A DNA stretch of 64,000 bases from Candidatus Bathyarchaeia archaeon (GTDB lineage: Archaea; Thermoproteota; Bathyarchaeia; Bathyarchaeales; Bathycorpusculaceae), in NCBI GenBank assembly GCA_038848695.1, contig JAWCNL010000008.1:26353-90352 (forward strand), given 5' to 3'. A program made the translations under genes and the position numbers. Below, in pieces: positions 39,424-48,765 of this stretch. Each line of letters opens with the position of its first letter. Positions within the stretch are counted from its first letter, which is position 1. The notes beneath the pieces are model-generated. The model had not been told where the DNA came from. It was given only the letters and a program-made list of their open reading frames with translations, and did no database searches.

Positions 39424-39699
39424 CTACTCTAACCGTTTGATGATGTGGTAGCCAAACTGTGTTTTCACAATGCCTGATATTTCGCCTTTTTTAAGCGCAA
39501 AAGCCGCATTCTCAAACTCCTTAACCATCTTGCCCCGCGTGAACGTGCCAAGATCTCCGCCTCGCTTCTTGGACGGACAAAGCGAAACCTGCTGGGCAAT
39601 GGCGCTGAATTTCTCACCCTTCTTCAAGCGCTCTAAAACTGCTTTGGCTTCGCTCTCGGTTTTAACAAGAATATGCGCGCAGTGAACTTTGTCAGGCAT
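39424..39699 (-). CDS. Parvulin-type peptidyl-prolyl cis-trans isomerase
   Basis: 91 aa with the single-domain parvulin motifs HILV, GGDLG.F..G.MV.EFE and FGYHII. Confidence 0.85.
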   Translation of the reverse strand: MPDKVHCAHILVKTESEAKAVLERLKKGEKFSAIAQQVSLCPSKKRGGDLGTFTRGKMVKEFENAAFALKKGEISGIVKTQFGYHIIKRLE

Positions 39700-39764
39700 A
39701 AACTACAATAAACGCATTTTCAATTAATAACTCTTACCAGCGCTGCGTTTAAAGCAACCGAGCC

Positions 39765-39816
39765 GCCTTCATATTTGGCGCATATTAGAGATTCATTGCA
39801 GAAACCTATAGAGGGT
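39765..39816 (+). repeat. 52-nt conserved intergenic element, copy 2
   Basis: gccttcatatttggcgcatattagagattcattgcagaaacctatagagggt is 49/52 identical to 1228-1279. A hairpin gggtctatc/gatagac(tg)ccc follows. Confidence 0.7.
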
Positions 39817-39916
39817 CTATCCGCGCAGATAGACTGCCCATAGCAAGTTTAGCTCATAAAAGAGTTATTAAAGGCACGTGTTAACGCGTTTCTGTCTATA
39901 ATTCCAGGAAAGGTTT

Positions 39917-40624
39917 ATGAAACATCCAATTAAAACAACACAACGCAAAAGAGAGCAACTGAACATGGTTGAAATTAAACTTAAAGCAAAAGGTATATTC
40001 TTCGATTTAGACGGCACAATCGTCGATTCAAGAGACGCCTATCTTGAAGCCGCAAAAATCGCCTTCCAAGAAATGGGTCTCAAGCCGCCCACGTTGGCAG
40101 CTGCGCTGGAGATCCCCCGAAGACTTGAACAGAACCAGTCAATCAGCGACATAATAAAAAACGTAGAGCCGCTGAAGTTTCTGCCCATATATTTGAGTAC
40201 CTATTATGCTGTTAGCGCAGAGAAAACTCGACTCATACCCGGCGTAGCAGATATGCTGGAAGCACTTTCTCAAAAGGTTAAGCTTGCGCTTATAACGATG
40301 CGCAATGTTCCCCGAAGTGCTGTAGCCGCTGAACTTGAAAACTTCGGCATAGCCAAATACTTCACTTACATCATCACGGCGCAGGACATTCACAAGCCCA
40401 AGCCCTCGCCTGAAGCGCTGATTAAAATTGTAAGGGAGCTGGATGTTCAGATGTGTGACTGCGTCATCGTCGGCGACTCCGTCAACGACATTAGGGCAGG
40501 GAAAGCCGCGGGCACAAAAACCGTAGCAGTCTTATCCGGGCTCTTCACATGTGAAGAGCTTGCTAGGGAAAAGCCTGATTTAATTCTTGAAGACGCCACG
40601 AAGCTCACTGGTTACCTCATGTAA
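39917..40624 (+). CDS. HAD-superfamily phosphatase (phosphoglycolate phosphatase-like)
   Basis: FFDLDGTIVDS motif I, TMRN (motif II region), and GDSVNDIRAGKAAG. The likely start is ATG 39965. Confidence 0.8.
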   Translation: MKHPIKTTQRKREQLNMVEIKLKAKGIFFDLDGTIVDSRDAYLEAAKIAFQEMGLKPPTLAAALEIPRRLEQNQSISDIIKNVEPLKFLPIYLSTYYAVSAEKTRLIPGVADMLEALSQKVKLALITMRNVPRSAVAAELENFGIAKYFTYIITAQDIHKPKPSPEALIKIVRELDVQMCDCVIVGDSVNDIRAGKAAGTKTVAVLSGLFTCEELAREKPDLILEDATKLTGYLM

Positions 40625-40761
40625 ACGCTTTCGTGAACTATTTCTGTAGACGAAATATTGCAAAAAACCGCCTAAACCAGTTATATACCCTCGCGAAAAT
40701 AAAGTTTAATATAAACCTCCAACTTAAATCACTGTGGAGAGGGCTTCAGAGCGGAGAATAA

Positions 40762-41376
40762 ATGAACTTCCTAGAAATAATGTTGGCTGAAAAGCTTAAG
40801 GACGCAAACCCTGCGCTTGACATAACAGGCTCCGACCGCAAAGTTCTACAAGTAGCAACTCAAGACTTCACAAACTACCTCAAATTTTATTGGCAGCTAA
40901 TTGGGCGAGAAGCAAGCCAGTGCGAGCTTGTTGAAAAGCTTGAGAGACTCTTTAAGGAAACGCCGGCTGAGCTAGAGGAGTTCTTGACTGTGTGGACAGG
41001 TATATGGCTTAAGAAGTGGAAAGAGCGAGTTAAACTCCTCATAGGTGAGCAAAACGCAAACAAATGGAGTCAAGCCTCAAAGACTCTCGCAAGAGCTGAG
41101 CCTCTTTGGAACCAGATTGAAAATAAGCAGGAGCTTCAAGAAATAGTAGCAGCTACCTTAATAAAGAACGGCGAAATCTGCGGCACAGAGATACTTTCTG
41201 AGAACCTGCTAAAAATGGAACTCGGAGAAAAGCGCATCCAAGATCTCAAGGACAGTGAACGAATCCTCACCATCGTAAACAGCGCCATAAGAAAAGCGCG
41301 AGGAATGGCTCAAAGCAAGGGGCCACTTATCTTCGTTAAAATTGACAAAGGTTACTACGGCACAACAAATCAATAA
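40762..41376 (+). CDS. Hypothetical protein
   Basis: 204-aa helical ORF. No family recognised. Confidence 0.5.
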   Translation: MNFLEIMLAEKLKDANPALDITGSDRKVLQVATQDFTNYLKFYWQLIGREASQCELVEKLERLFKETPAELEEFLTVWTGIWLKKWKERVKLLIGEQNANKWSQASKTLARAEPLWNQIENKQELQEIVAATLIKNGEICGTEILSENLLKMELGEKRIQDLKDSERILTIVNSAIRKARGMAQSKGPLIFVKIDKGYYGTTNQ

Positions 41377-41431
41377 ACGGTTAGCATCACTACTTTTTAC
41401 TAAGCTACTTTTACTGCAAAAGGAAACCGTG

Positions 41432-41620
41432 TTAGACTACTCTTTGGCGCTGAAGAGTCTTCCTTTGCCATGCATATTCTCTTATAACGGTTGTTTCTCC
41501 ATAGCCACAGGCTGCACATCGCTTTTTGCGCACGTGATAAGCACGTCTGCCGCATCGTCTGCAACGTATATGCACAACTTTGCCTGTGCGTTTCCCCATT
41601 GATGGCGTGCCTTTACCCAA
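41432..41620 (-). CDS. rpl37e: 50S ribosomal protein L37e
   Basis: MGKGTPSMGKR...CRRCGRRAYHVRKKRCAACGYG zinc ribbon. Confidence 0.95.
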   Translation of the reverse strand: MGKGTPSMGKRTGKVVHIRCRRCGRRAYHVRKKRCAACGYGETTVIREYAWQRKTLQRQRVV

Positions 41621-41626
41621 GAGCTG

Positions 41627-41854
41627 TCACCTAGGTGGCGGAGAGATAAGAACCACGTTATCGCCGCGGACAATTATAAGCCCAAGTTTCCGAGTATTCT
41701 CCGCGTTTGTAGTGTCATCTGTCTCTTCCAAAACAAGATTTAAATGCTGATCGAACCCCTTTAGTCGACCACGCAGGCTTTTCCCGCCCTTCAAGCGTAC
41801 GAGCACTATCTTGCCCAGATTCTGTTCAAGGATTTCAGTTGTCATTTCGCTCAT
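41627..41854 (-). CDS. Sm-like (LSm/SmAP) RNA-binding protein
   Basis: 75 aa with Sm1 (VLVRLKGGKSLRGRLKGFDQHLNLVL) and Sm2 (IIVRGDNVVLI) motifs. Forms the conserved archaeal Sm-L37e pair. Confidence 0.9.
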   Translation of the reverse strand: MSEMTTEILEQNLGKIVLVRLKGGKSLRGRLKGFDQHLNLVLEETDDTTNAENTRKLGLIIVRGDNVVLISPPPR

Positions 41855-42059
41855 TTTCGCATCTCCATATGCCTTTACGCATCTACTACTTGAACTTTTA
41901 ACATTTAAACCTATCTAAGCAAGCGACAAAATTGTTGAAAGCAATTTACCCAAGCTCCCAATTTTAACGGCGAGTTAAGCTTTAACCTTCACAGTTAGTT
42001 TGTTAAGAAACTGCTGAATCGGTAACTAACTATTTAAACTCGAAGGGACTCTATTCTAT

Positions 42060-43592
42060 ATGAGGACCGCTTTGGAATCAAAAGACAGTACTCTAATAGC
42101 CTACAATATTCTTGAGAAAAAAATTATAAACAATGGTTTTTGTACTTTGTGCGGCGCGTGCGAAGCAGCATGTCCAACTAGCGCGCTGCACATAATGGGC
42201 GAGAAAGTTAATCGTTTGTATGACTGCTCAAAAGACATAGACTTGTGCCCAATATGCTACGAGATCTGCCCTCATTCCGAAGCCCTCCTGTTGAGAAGCT
42301 TAAAATTCGTCTCAGACGCGCCAATCAAGCACGAGGCTATAGGGTATTACAGAAAAATGGTTCTTGCGCAAGCAGTTGATCCGAAATTACGCCAACAAAG
42401 CCGCGGCGGCGCCGTTGTCACTGCACTACTAAATTATGGCATTGAAAGTAAAATCTTTGATAGCGCCATAGTTTCTCAGAGTGAACCTGAGAATCCATCT
42501 AAACCGAAACCGTCAGTGGCATTAGTGCCCGATGATATACTTTCAGCGGTGGGTAGCAAGTTTTTTCCTTCCTCGGTTGCGAAGGCCTATGGAAGCGCGG
42601 TGTACAGTCATGGAAAAACCTCCATAGCCTTCGTTGGAGTACCCTGCCATGTGCTTGCGCTTCGCAAAATGGAGGCATGGCAGCACAAAATTATTGATAA
42701 TTTGAAAATAACAATTGGCCTTTTCTGCTTCGGAACCTTTTCATTCAGTTCCATGCTGGACTATATCGAAAGAACTTACAAGATACGTTCCTCCGACATA
42801 AAGCAGATGCATTTATCCTCAAAATTTGTCATCCAGACTGAAACGGGTGAAATACGTATTCCTTTATCTGAAATTGAAAAGCACATCATGCCCAGCTGCC
42901 GCACCTGTATGGATTTCACCTCCGAACTCGCAGACATATCTGTTGGCGGCGCATATCCTCTGAAGGACTGGTCAACCGTTATAATTAGAACTAAAGCGGG
43001 CGAAGACTTCTTCTACAACGTCGTTGAAAACGGAATCATCAGCACATGGGTCATAGAGCAAGAGCCCAAAGTCTTTGAGCGCGTAATGCTGGCGGCAATG
43101 CAAAAGCGGACAGAGGCCCTCAAAAAGGCTATGGAAATGGAGGAAGCTTATGGTTATCTTCCTACGTTGCTGCTTAGAGAAACAGCTGATTTAGCCAAGT
43201 TTAAGGTTGAGGAGATAATGACCAAGAACATCCAGGTAGTGCAACAGGATGTGTCTGTCAGTCAATTCTTGGATTACGTAGCTAAACATCATCACATTGG
43301 TTACCCAGTTGCAAACGAAAAAGGTGAACTTGTCGGCTGGGTTACTATTGAAGAGGCGGCACATGTCGCGAAAAAGAAGCGAGATGAAACCTCTGTCGGC
43401 CAAATAGCACGAAAAAACGTGGTTGTTGCCTATCCCGATGAAACCGCGTTGGATGTTTTCAAAAAGATGAGTGAGCATGAAACCGGGCGCGTTATTGTCC
43501 TTGATAGAGCGGACGCGAAAAAGTTGCTTGGCATAGTAACTAAAGCAGACTTAATGCATGCGCTGGCAAAGCAGCCTGAGAAGCACATTTAG
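42060..43592 (+). CDS. FrhB/FdhB/FpoF-family flavoprotein with an N-terminal ferredoxin-like domain and a C-terminal CBS pair
   Basis: CTLCGACEAACP and CPICYEICP clusters, RGGAVVTALL, FVGVPCHVLALRK, CRTCMDFTSELADISVGG, followed by two CBS repeats (residues from about 385 to 505). Confidence 0.75.
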   Translation: MRTALESKDSTLIAYNILEKKIINNGFCTLCGACEAACPTSALHIMGEKVNRLYDCSKDIDLCPICYEICPHSEALLLRSLKFVSDAPIKHEAIGYYRKMVLAQAVDPKLRQQSRGGAVVTALLNYGIESKIFDSAIVSQSEPENPSKPKPSVALVPDDILSAVGSKFFPSSVAKAYGSAVYSHGKTSIAFVGVPCHVLALRKMEAWQHKIIDNLKITIGLFCFGTFSFSSMLDYIERTYKIRSSDIKQMHLSSKFVIQTETGEIRIPLSEIEKHIMPSCRTCMDFTSELADISVGGAYPLKDWSTVIIRTKAGEDFFYNVVENGIISTWVIEQEPKVFERVMLAAMQKRTEALKKAMEMEEAYGYLPTLLLRETADLAKFKVEEIMTKNIQVVQQDVSVSQFLDYVAKHHHIGYPVANEKGELVGWVTIEEAAHVAKKKRDETSVGQIARKNVVVAYPDETALDVFKKMSEHETGRVIVLDRADAKKLLGIVTKADLMHALAKQPEKHI

Positions 43593-43707
43593 CAAAAAAG
43601 GCCTATTGCAGCAAGCCTCTTAATGCATTACACAGTGATGTAGCATTGAAACAATAAAATTATTAAGTTAATCGGTTTGATATATTTACTGAATTCGGTA
43701 GGTTGTT

Positions 43708-44181
43708 TTGTGCATGGCTGAGTGCAGTGTGGAAACAAAGAAAGAGGGCATCAGCACACTAACTGCTGTAATACTAACCATAGTCGTCGCTCTATCCATT
43801 ATAGCTGCCGTTTTAACTCCGATAAGCAAAGAATTTATGCCAGGTATTGAAGCAATAGTTGACACGTTGCTTAACATAACAACCAACATGATCTACCTGA
43901 TCGGCGGCGGCGTTATAATTTTCGGCGCGGTGCTTGTTACAATACGGTTCGTGCAGTGCAAATTGAAGGATCCTTATAAGCCGACTTGCGTAACCCGTTT
44001 CTTATCGGGCTATTTGACGCTTAGCCTAGAATTTTTTATTGGCGCTGAAATCATAAGAACCGTAGTTACACGAACATATGAGGAATTCTCACTGCTTATT
44101 CTCGTCATATTCAGCAGAGGCCTATTCAGTCTAATCTTGTATTTAGAACGTAGATGGCACGGCACCGTGGAAACAGAATAA
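43708..44181 (+). CDS. DUF1622-like membrane protein
   Basis: LSLEFFIGAEIIRTV motif and several TM helices. The likely start is ATG 43714. Confidence 0.55.
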   Translation: MCMAECSVETKKEGISTLTAVILTIVVALSIIAAVLTPISKEFMPGIEAIVDTLLNITTNMIYLIGGGVIIFGAVLVTIRFVQCKLKDPYKPTCVTRFLSGYLTLSLEFFIGAEIIRTVVTRTYEEFSLLILVIFSRGLFSLILYLERRWHGTVETE

Positions 44182-44215
44182 ACTTGAACTTCCACTGGCG
44201 GGCTTTGCTTTTTTT
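44167..44215 (+). terminator. Hairpin plus T7 run at the end of the DUF1622 gene
   Basis: The gtggaa(44167-44172)/ttccac(44190-44195) inverted repeat spans the stop codon and is followed by TTTTTTT at 44209-44215. Confidence 0.35.
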
Positions 44216-44555
44216 AACGGCTATTTTATGCCGTAACTTCATGGATTATGTAGGGCTTTCTATTGGTCAAACTTTAAATGCTTGGAGTTCCATTCTAAAA
44301 GACTAGCTCTGAGGCCTATGGCTATTACAAATATGGATAAAACTCCTTGCGTTGATAGCGATGGCACGCACTTTCTTTTAGACAAATTTATGCTAATTTC
44401 AGATTATTGCAAACATATGAATCGATTATTAAGCTTTATATATGCGTATGTCGATGAAAACTTGCTTGTAAGTAGCATATGCACAATTAAAGCAAGCATC
44501 ACAAACATAAATGAAAAAGCGCTTGAGGCAAAACAAATGATTTGCTACGCAACCT

Positions 44556-44903
44556 GTGAAGGAGGCAAAGGATACGTTCACTGAATCTATTATTGCCTTT
44601 CTCTTAATTTTAGCGGTTAGCTCGCTTATCTATTTCCTTGGTCGCCGCGCTTCACCTAAATCCGCCCCAACCGACAATGAGCAATCGGAATATGCGTGTG
44701 GAGAAAAAGCGCCTGTTCAGAGGCTTCGAATAAATGTAACGCTGTACAAGTTTCTCATATACTTCGCAATTTTTGACTCTTCAATTTTACTTCTAGCTTT
44801 CGCAGCACTTCTACAAGGAGCAAACGTGCTGCTTCTGATTCTTTACCTCTTTATAACATTTGCAGCGAGCCTAATTCTTCTCGAAGGAGCCAAAGAGCAA
44901 TGA
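44556..44903 (+). CDS. nuoA: NuoA/ND3-like membrane subunit
   Basis: 115 aa with three TM helices and an EYACGEKAP loop (YECG-like). GTG start. First gene of the operon. Confidence 0.7.
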   Translation: MKEAKDTFTESIIAFLLILAVSSLIYFLGRRASPKSAPTDNEQSEYACGEKAPVQRLRINVTLYKFLIYFAIFDSSILLLAFAALLQGANVLLLILYLFITFAASLILLEGAKEQ

Positions 44904-45343
44904 GTAAACTAGCGACTTGGGCACGGCTGAAATCTCCTTGGGTTCTTCACTTCAACTCTGGCGCATGCAATGGCTGCGACATCGAGGTTGTTGCCCTCTT
45001 AACGCCTAGGTATGATGTTGAACGCTTTGGCATTAAACTTGAGCCTTCACCGCGGCATGCTGACGTTTTATTAACCACAGGCGCCGTTACAACCCAGTGT
45101 GCAGAAAGGCTAAAGCGCATCTACGAGCAAATGCCCGCGCCAAAATTCGTTGTAGCAATCGGCGCTTGTGCATGCTCCGGCGGCGTATTTAAGGGAAACT
45201 ACTCTGTAATCGGCGGCGTAGACAAGGTAATTCCTGTAAACGCTTATATCCCTGGGTGCCCGCCGAAACCAGAAGCAATAATCGACGGGGTAGTAAAACT
45301 GCTTAACTCATTGAAAGAGGCGAAGCCAAACGGCAAAAAATAA
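44900..45343 (+). CDS. nuoB: NuoB-like / group 4 [NiFe]-hydrogenase small subunit
   Basis: GACNGCDIEV is the hydrogenase-type CxxC, rather than the CCxxE of complex I. IGACACSGG and PGCPP provide the four Cys for one [4Fe-4S] cluster. Confidence 0.9.
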   Translation: MSKLATWARLKSPWVLHFNSGACNGCDIEVVALLTPRYDVERFGIKLEPSPRHADVLLTTGAVTTQCAERLKRIYEQMPAPKFVVAIGACACSGGVFKGNYSVIGGVDKVIPVNAYIPGCPPKPEAIIDGVVKLLNSLKEAKPNGKK

Positions 45344-45374
45344 GCAAGATCCTCTAACCGTCATTCAAGATAGA

Positions 45375-46916
45375 ATGGGCGAGAGTCTTCAAATTCAGCA
45401 AGGGCAGCTGGGAAAGGCGCTAATCCAAGTTAAAGCAGAGTCTATCCGAGAAATTGTTGGCGCCCTACTGGAAGCCGACGCTGCCGCTTGCATTTCTGCT
45501 CTCACCGGCGTGGATTTGGGCGAAAAAATAGGTTTAATGTATCATCTTCGCACTAGCGATGGTATTGTTACTATTCGAACTGAAGTTTCCAAGGAGCAGC
45601 CGAAACTTGGCACCGTAACTGACCTTATACCGGGAGCAAGTTTCCACGAAAGAGAAGTAGCTGACCTCTTCGGCGTAACCTTTGAGGGCCATCCAAACCC
45701 TGCAAGGCTGGTTCTCCCTGAAAATTGGCCTGAGGGACTTTATCCACTTAGAAAAGACGCTAAAATTGACGAAATTTTAGCTAAAAAGCAGCCCCTTCGG
45801 AATCAACCAGATCCAACGCATGTCCAAAGCGATGGAGAACTTGTTAACATAATTGTGGGTCCTCAGCATCCCGCGCTTTTGGAGCCAGAAAAGTTTTCTA
45901 TTCGCGTAGATGGCGAAATCGTGAAGCAAGTTGAGCCACGCATCGGCTACGTCCATAGAGGCGTGGAAAAAGCCGCTGAGCAGCGAACCTACCTGCAGGA
46001 TGTTTACTTGGTGGAAAGAATTTGCGGTATATGCAACTCTTGCCATGCCGCCTGCTTCGTTGAAGCAGTGGAAAAAATACTTCGCGTTGAAGTGCCGCTT
46101 AGAGCTAAGTATCTGCGCACCATAATTTTGGAGCTTAACAGGCTTCACAGCCATCTACTTGTGTTGGGACATGCGGGGCTTGAAATTGGGTATGAAACGC
46201 TTTTCCAGTATATGTGGCGTGACCGCGAGCCAATAATGGATCTAACTGAGCTGCTTACAGGCAACCGCGTTATCTCTTCAGCAATGACGATAGGCGGCGT
46301 ACGTCGAGACTTGAAAGAAACAGATATTCCTAAGATCAAAGCGGAGTTGGCTGCGCTGAAGAAGAAAATGGACTTTTATAGGCAAATTTTTGAAAATGAA
46401 CCGACGCTGAAGATGCGCACTCAAAAAGTCGGTGTGCTTTCCAAGGAAGATGCGTTGAAACTTTGTGTAGTTGGACCTGTAGCTAGAGCCTCTGGCGTAG
46501 CTACAGATGTGCGGAAAGATGAGCCCTACGAGGCTTACGGAGAAATACCTTTTAATTTAATCACGCGTAAAGAGGGAGACTCATGGGCGCGCCTTATGGT
46601 TCGCGTAGACGAGATAATCGAGAGCATTAACATAATCGAGTACGCGCTGGATCACATGCCCTCAGGGCCTTTCCGAGTCAAAGTGCCGAGAGTTGTGCCT
46701 GCAGGCGAAGCAGTCAACCGCGTGGAAGCGCCCAGAGGCGAACTGTTTTACTACGTTAAAAGTAACGGTTCAGCCTATCCGGAGCGAGTGAAAGTGCGCA
46801 CTCCCACATTCGCTAATATCCCCTCGTTCGTCAAAATTGCGGAAGGCGGCAATATAGCGGATGTACCTGCTAGTTTCGTGAGTTTAGACCCGTGCTTCTC
46901 ATGTACTGACAGGTAG
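45375..46916 (+). CDS. Fused NuoC-NuoD-like protein = group 4 [NiFe]-hydrogenase large subunit
   Basis: N-terminal NuoC-like region of about 130 aa (FHEREVADLFG). L1 motif RICGICNSCH (Cys codons at 46023 and 46032). C-terminal L2 motif DPCFSCTDR (Cys codons at 46893 and 46902). The protein ends at the R, with no cleavable extension. Confidence 0.9.
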   Translation: MGESLQIQQGQLGKALIQVKAESIREIVGALLEADAAACISALTGVDLGEKIGLMYHLRTSDGIVTIRTEVSKEQPKLGTVTDLIPGASFHEREVADLFGVTFEGHPNPARLVLPENWPEGLYPLRKDAKIDEILAKKQPLRNQPDPTHVQSDGELVNIIVGPQHPALLEPEKFSIRVDGEIVKQVEPRIGYVHRGVEKAAEQRTYLQDVYLVERICGICNSCHAACFVEAVEKILRVEVPLRAKYLRTIILELNRLHSHLLVLGHAGLEIGYETLFQYMWRDREPIMDLTELLTGNRVISSAMTIGGVRRDLKETDIPKIKAELAALKKKMDFYRQIFENEPTLKMRTQKVGVLSKEDALKLCVVGPVARASGVATDVRKDEPYEAYGEIPFNLITRKEGDSWARLMVRVDEIIESINIIEYALDHMPSGPFRVKVPRVVPAGEAVNRVEAPRGELFYYVKSNGSAYPERVKVRTPTFANIPSFVKIAEGGNIADVPASFVSLDPCFSCTDR

Positions 46917-46924
46917 GATGAAGA

Positions 46925-47917
46925 ATGGTTTTAGACTGGTGGTTTATTTTCCGCGTGCTTGTCTTCCCCGGCTTCACATTCATAATGCTGGTTACGCTTT
47001 TCTGCGATTGGATCGAAAGAAAGATCGAGGCGCGCATGCAGAATCGCGTTGGACCAGCATTTGCTGGACCAGCTGGTATCCTTCAGCCTTTAGCGGACAT
47101 CATCAAGCTGCTTACAAAAGAGGACATAGTTCCGCGCGGAGCGAAAAAAACTGCCTTTAGACTAGCGCCGATTCTTTCTTTTTCCATCATAGTTTTCGCG
47201 CTATCATTTCTGCCCATCGATGGCGCAGCTGCGATACCTGATTCAAGTTTCGCTGGAGACTTAATCTTTGTTATGGCGCTAATTACCGTAGCCAACTTTT
47301 TCCTTTTCCTTTCAGGCTGGGCTTCCGCAAATCCCTACGGCGACATAGGTGCAACACGTGTTCTGACTCAATTTATCGGCTATGATATTCCACTGTTTCT
47401 TCTTGCACTGGCACCAGCGTTTCTGGCGGGAAGCCTTAGCATTTCCACAATAGCGGCAACTCAGGCCTTGCCATTCGCGCTTTTGGCGCCTTGGGCTTTC
47501 ATATTATTCATAGTCACTCTCCAAGCAGAGCTAGAGAAGGATCCATTCGATATTCCTCACGCTGAAAGCGAAGTGGTAGGCGGAGTAGAAACCGAGTTCT
47601 GCGGAGGCAAACTCGCCTTTCTGCATCTCACCCGCGATGTGCAAATTGTTTTTGGAGCAGCGCTTGTTGTCGAGCTTTTTCTCGGCGGGCCTTACGGGCC
47701 AGTCTTTTTCGGGCCGCCTGCACTTTGGTATACATTATGGTTTATGCTTAAACTGTTGGCAGTCGTGGTAATCACGGAGTACATTACATGCCTATTTGCG
47801 AGGCTGCGTATTGACCAGGTATTAACTGCTAATTGGCGGGTGCTGGTGCCTCTGTCAGTGCTTTCGCTTATCCTAACCATCGCTTTGGCAGCTTGGGTTT
47901 ATCCTATGGTGATGTGA
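46925..47917 (+). CDS. nuoH: NuoH/ND1-like membrane subunit
   Basis: 330 aa, polytopic, with R..AR.Q.R.GP and E.E..GG..TE motifs. Confidence 0.85.
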   Translation: MVLDWWFIFRVLVFPGFTFIMLVTLFCDWIERKIEARMQNRVGPAFAGPAGILQPLADIIKLLTKEDIVPRGAKKTAFRLAPILSFSIIVFALSFLPIDGAAAIPDSSFAGDLIFVMALITVANFFLFLSGWASANPYGDIGATRVLTQFIGYDIPLFLLALAPAFLAGSLSISTIAATQALPFALLAPWAFILFIVTLQAELEKDPFDIPHAESEVVGGVETEFCGGKLAFLHLTRDVQIVFGAALVVELFLGGPYGPVFFGPPALWYTLWFMLKLLAVVVITEYITCLFARLRIDQVLTANWRVLVPLSVLSLILTIALAAWVYPMVM

Positions 47918-47920
47918 GTT

Positions 47921-48310
47921 ATGGTGAAGAAATCCGCTGTGCCACCTATGATGAAGGAACTGTGGGTGCATCTCTTCAAGAAACCCGCCACAAGCAAGTA
48001 TCCGCTTGTGAAAGCTGAAGTTCCCGAAGGCTTCCGCGGCAAGCAAGTGTACGACATTAACCTCTGCATTAGTTGCGGCTTATGCGCCAGAGACTGCCCT
48101 GCAAAAGCCATCGAAATGGTTGAGTTTGAGGGGAAACGGCGACCTCTGTTCCATCTTGACCTTTGTATATTCTGTTATCAATGCGCTGAAAGTTGCCCCA
48201 GAAATGCGATAAAGAGCTCAAGGTTTTTCGAGTTAGCCACAACAGACAAATCTGCCTTAGTAATAAAACCTGCAGAAAGCCCTCAAAGGAGAGAAGGTGA
48301 ACAGCAATGA
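47921..48310 (+). CDS. nuoI: NuoI-like 2x[4Fe-4S] ferredoxin subunit
   Basis: CISCGLCARDCP and CIFCYQCAESCP. Confidence 0.9.
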   Translation: MVKKSAVPPMMKELWVHLFKKPATSKYPLVKAEVPEGFRGKQVYDINLCISCGLCARDCPAKAIEMVEFEGKRRPLFHLDLCIFCYQCAESCPRNAIKSSRFFELATTDKSALVIKPAESPQRREGEQQ

Positions 48311-48765
48311 TTTTGGAGATTATATCAGTTGGACTTGTAATATCCGCCTGCTTAGCAATTTTTCTCGATGAAGCAGTCTACTCCGTTTTCGCCTTAACAG
48401 GCACATTCATGTTAACAGCACTGTTATACGCGATAAGCGGTGCGCTTTACGCAGCAGTTTTCCAGTTCGCGATGGGTGTTGGAACATTGGCTATTCTATT
48501 CCTCTCAGGAGAAATGCTGAGTAAAAAGCCGCCCAAGATTCCAAAGAAAAGCTTGTTCTCGCTGATAATCGCAGGCTTGCTCTTATCATTGCCTATGCTC
48601 TTCCTATCAGTTTCCGCTCCAATAAGTCATTCTTCCGTATTCTCTTTTGAAGAGGCCTTATGGAGTTTAAGGGCAGGTGATGTGGTTCTGCAAGGCTTAG
48701 TCGTGTTGACTGTGACTGTAGGCATAGCCATTTTTCTGCATGAAAAGAAGAAAGGTGAAAAATGA
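48307..48765 (+). CDS. nuoJ: NuoJ/ND6-like membrane subunit
   Basis: 152 aa, hydrophobic, positioned between nuoI and nuoK. The start overlaps the nuoI stop. Confidence 0.7.
   Translation: MILEIISVGLVISACLAIFLDEAVYSVFALTGTFMLTALLYAISGALYAAVFQFAMGVGTLAILFLSGEMLSKKPPKIPKKSLFSLIIAGLLLSLPMLFLSVSAPISHSSVFSFEEALWSLRAGDVVLQGLVVLTVTVGIAIFLHEKKKGEK

Noticed and set aside
44165-44200. ORB-like origin recognition box sequences (ccgtggaaac and cttccactgg, the latter reverse-complementing to ccagtggaag).
   Set aside because: The two halves form a single hairpin spanning the DUF1622 stop codon and are followed by a T7 run, so it reads as a terminator. There are no further ORB copies and no orc1/cdc6 gene nearby.
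44282-44584. 100-aa ORF with a TTG start in the A/T-rich spacer upstream of nuoA.
   Set aside because: It has a non-canonical start, no ribosome-binding site and an A/T-rich, non-protein-like composition. The region is more likely the operon's promoter and regulatory region.
46918-47160. 80-aa ORF in an alternative frame at the start of nuoH.
   Set aside because: It overlaps the well-supported NuoH frame, whose product has clear ND1-like TM helices.
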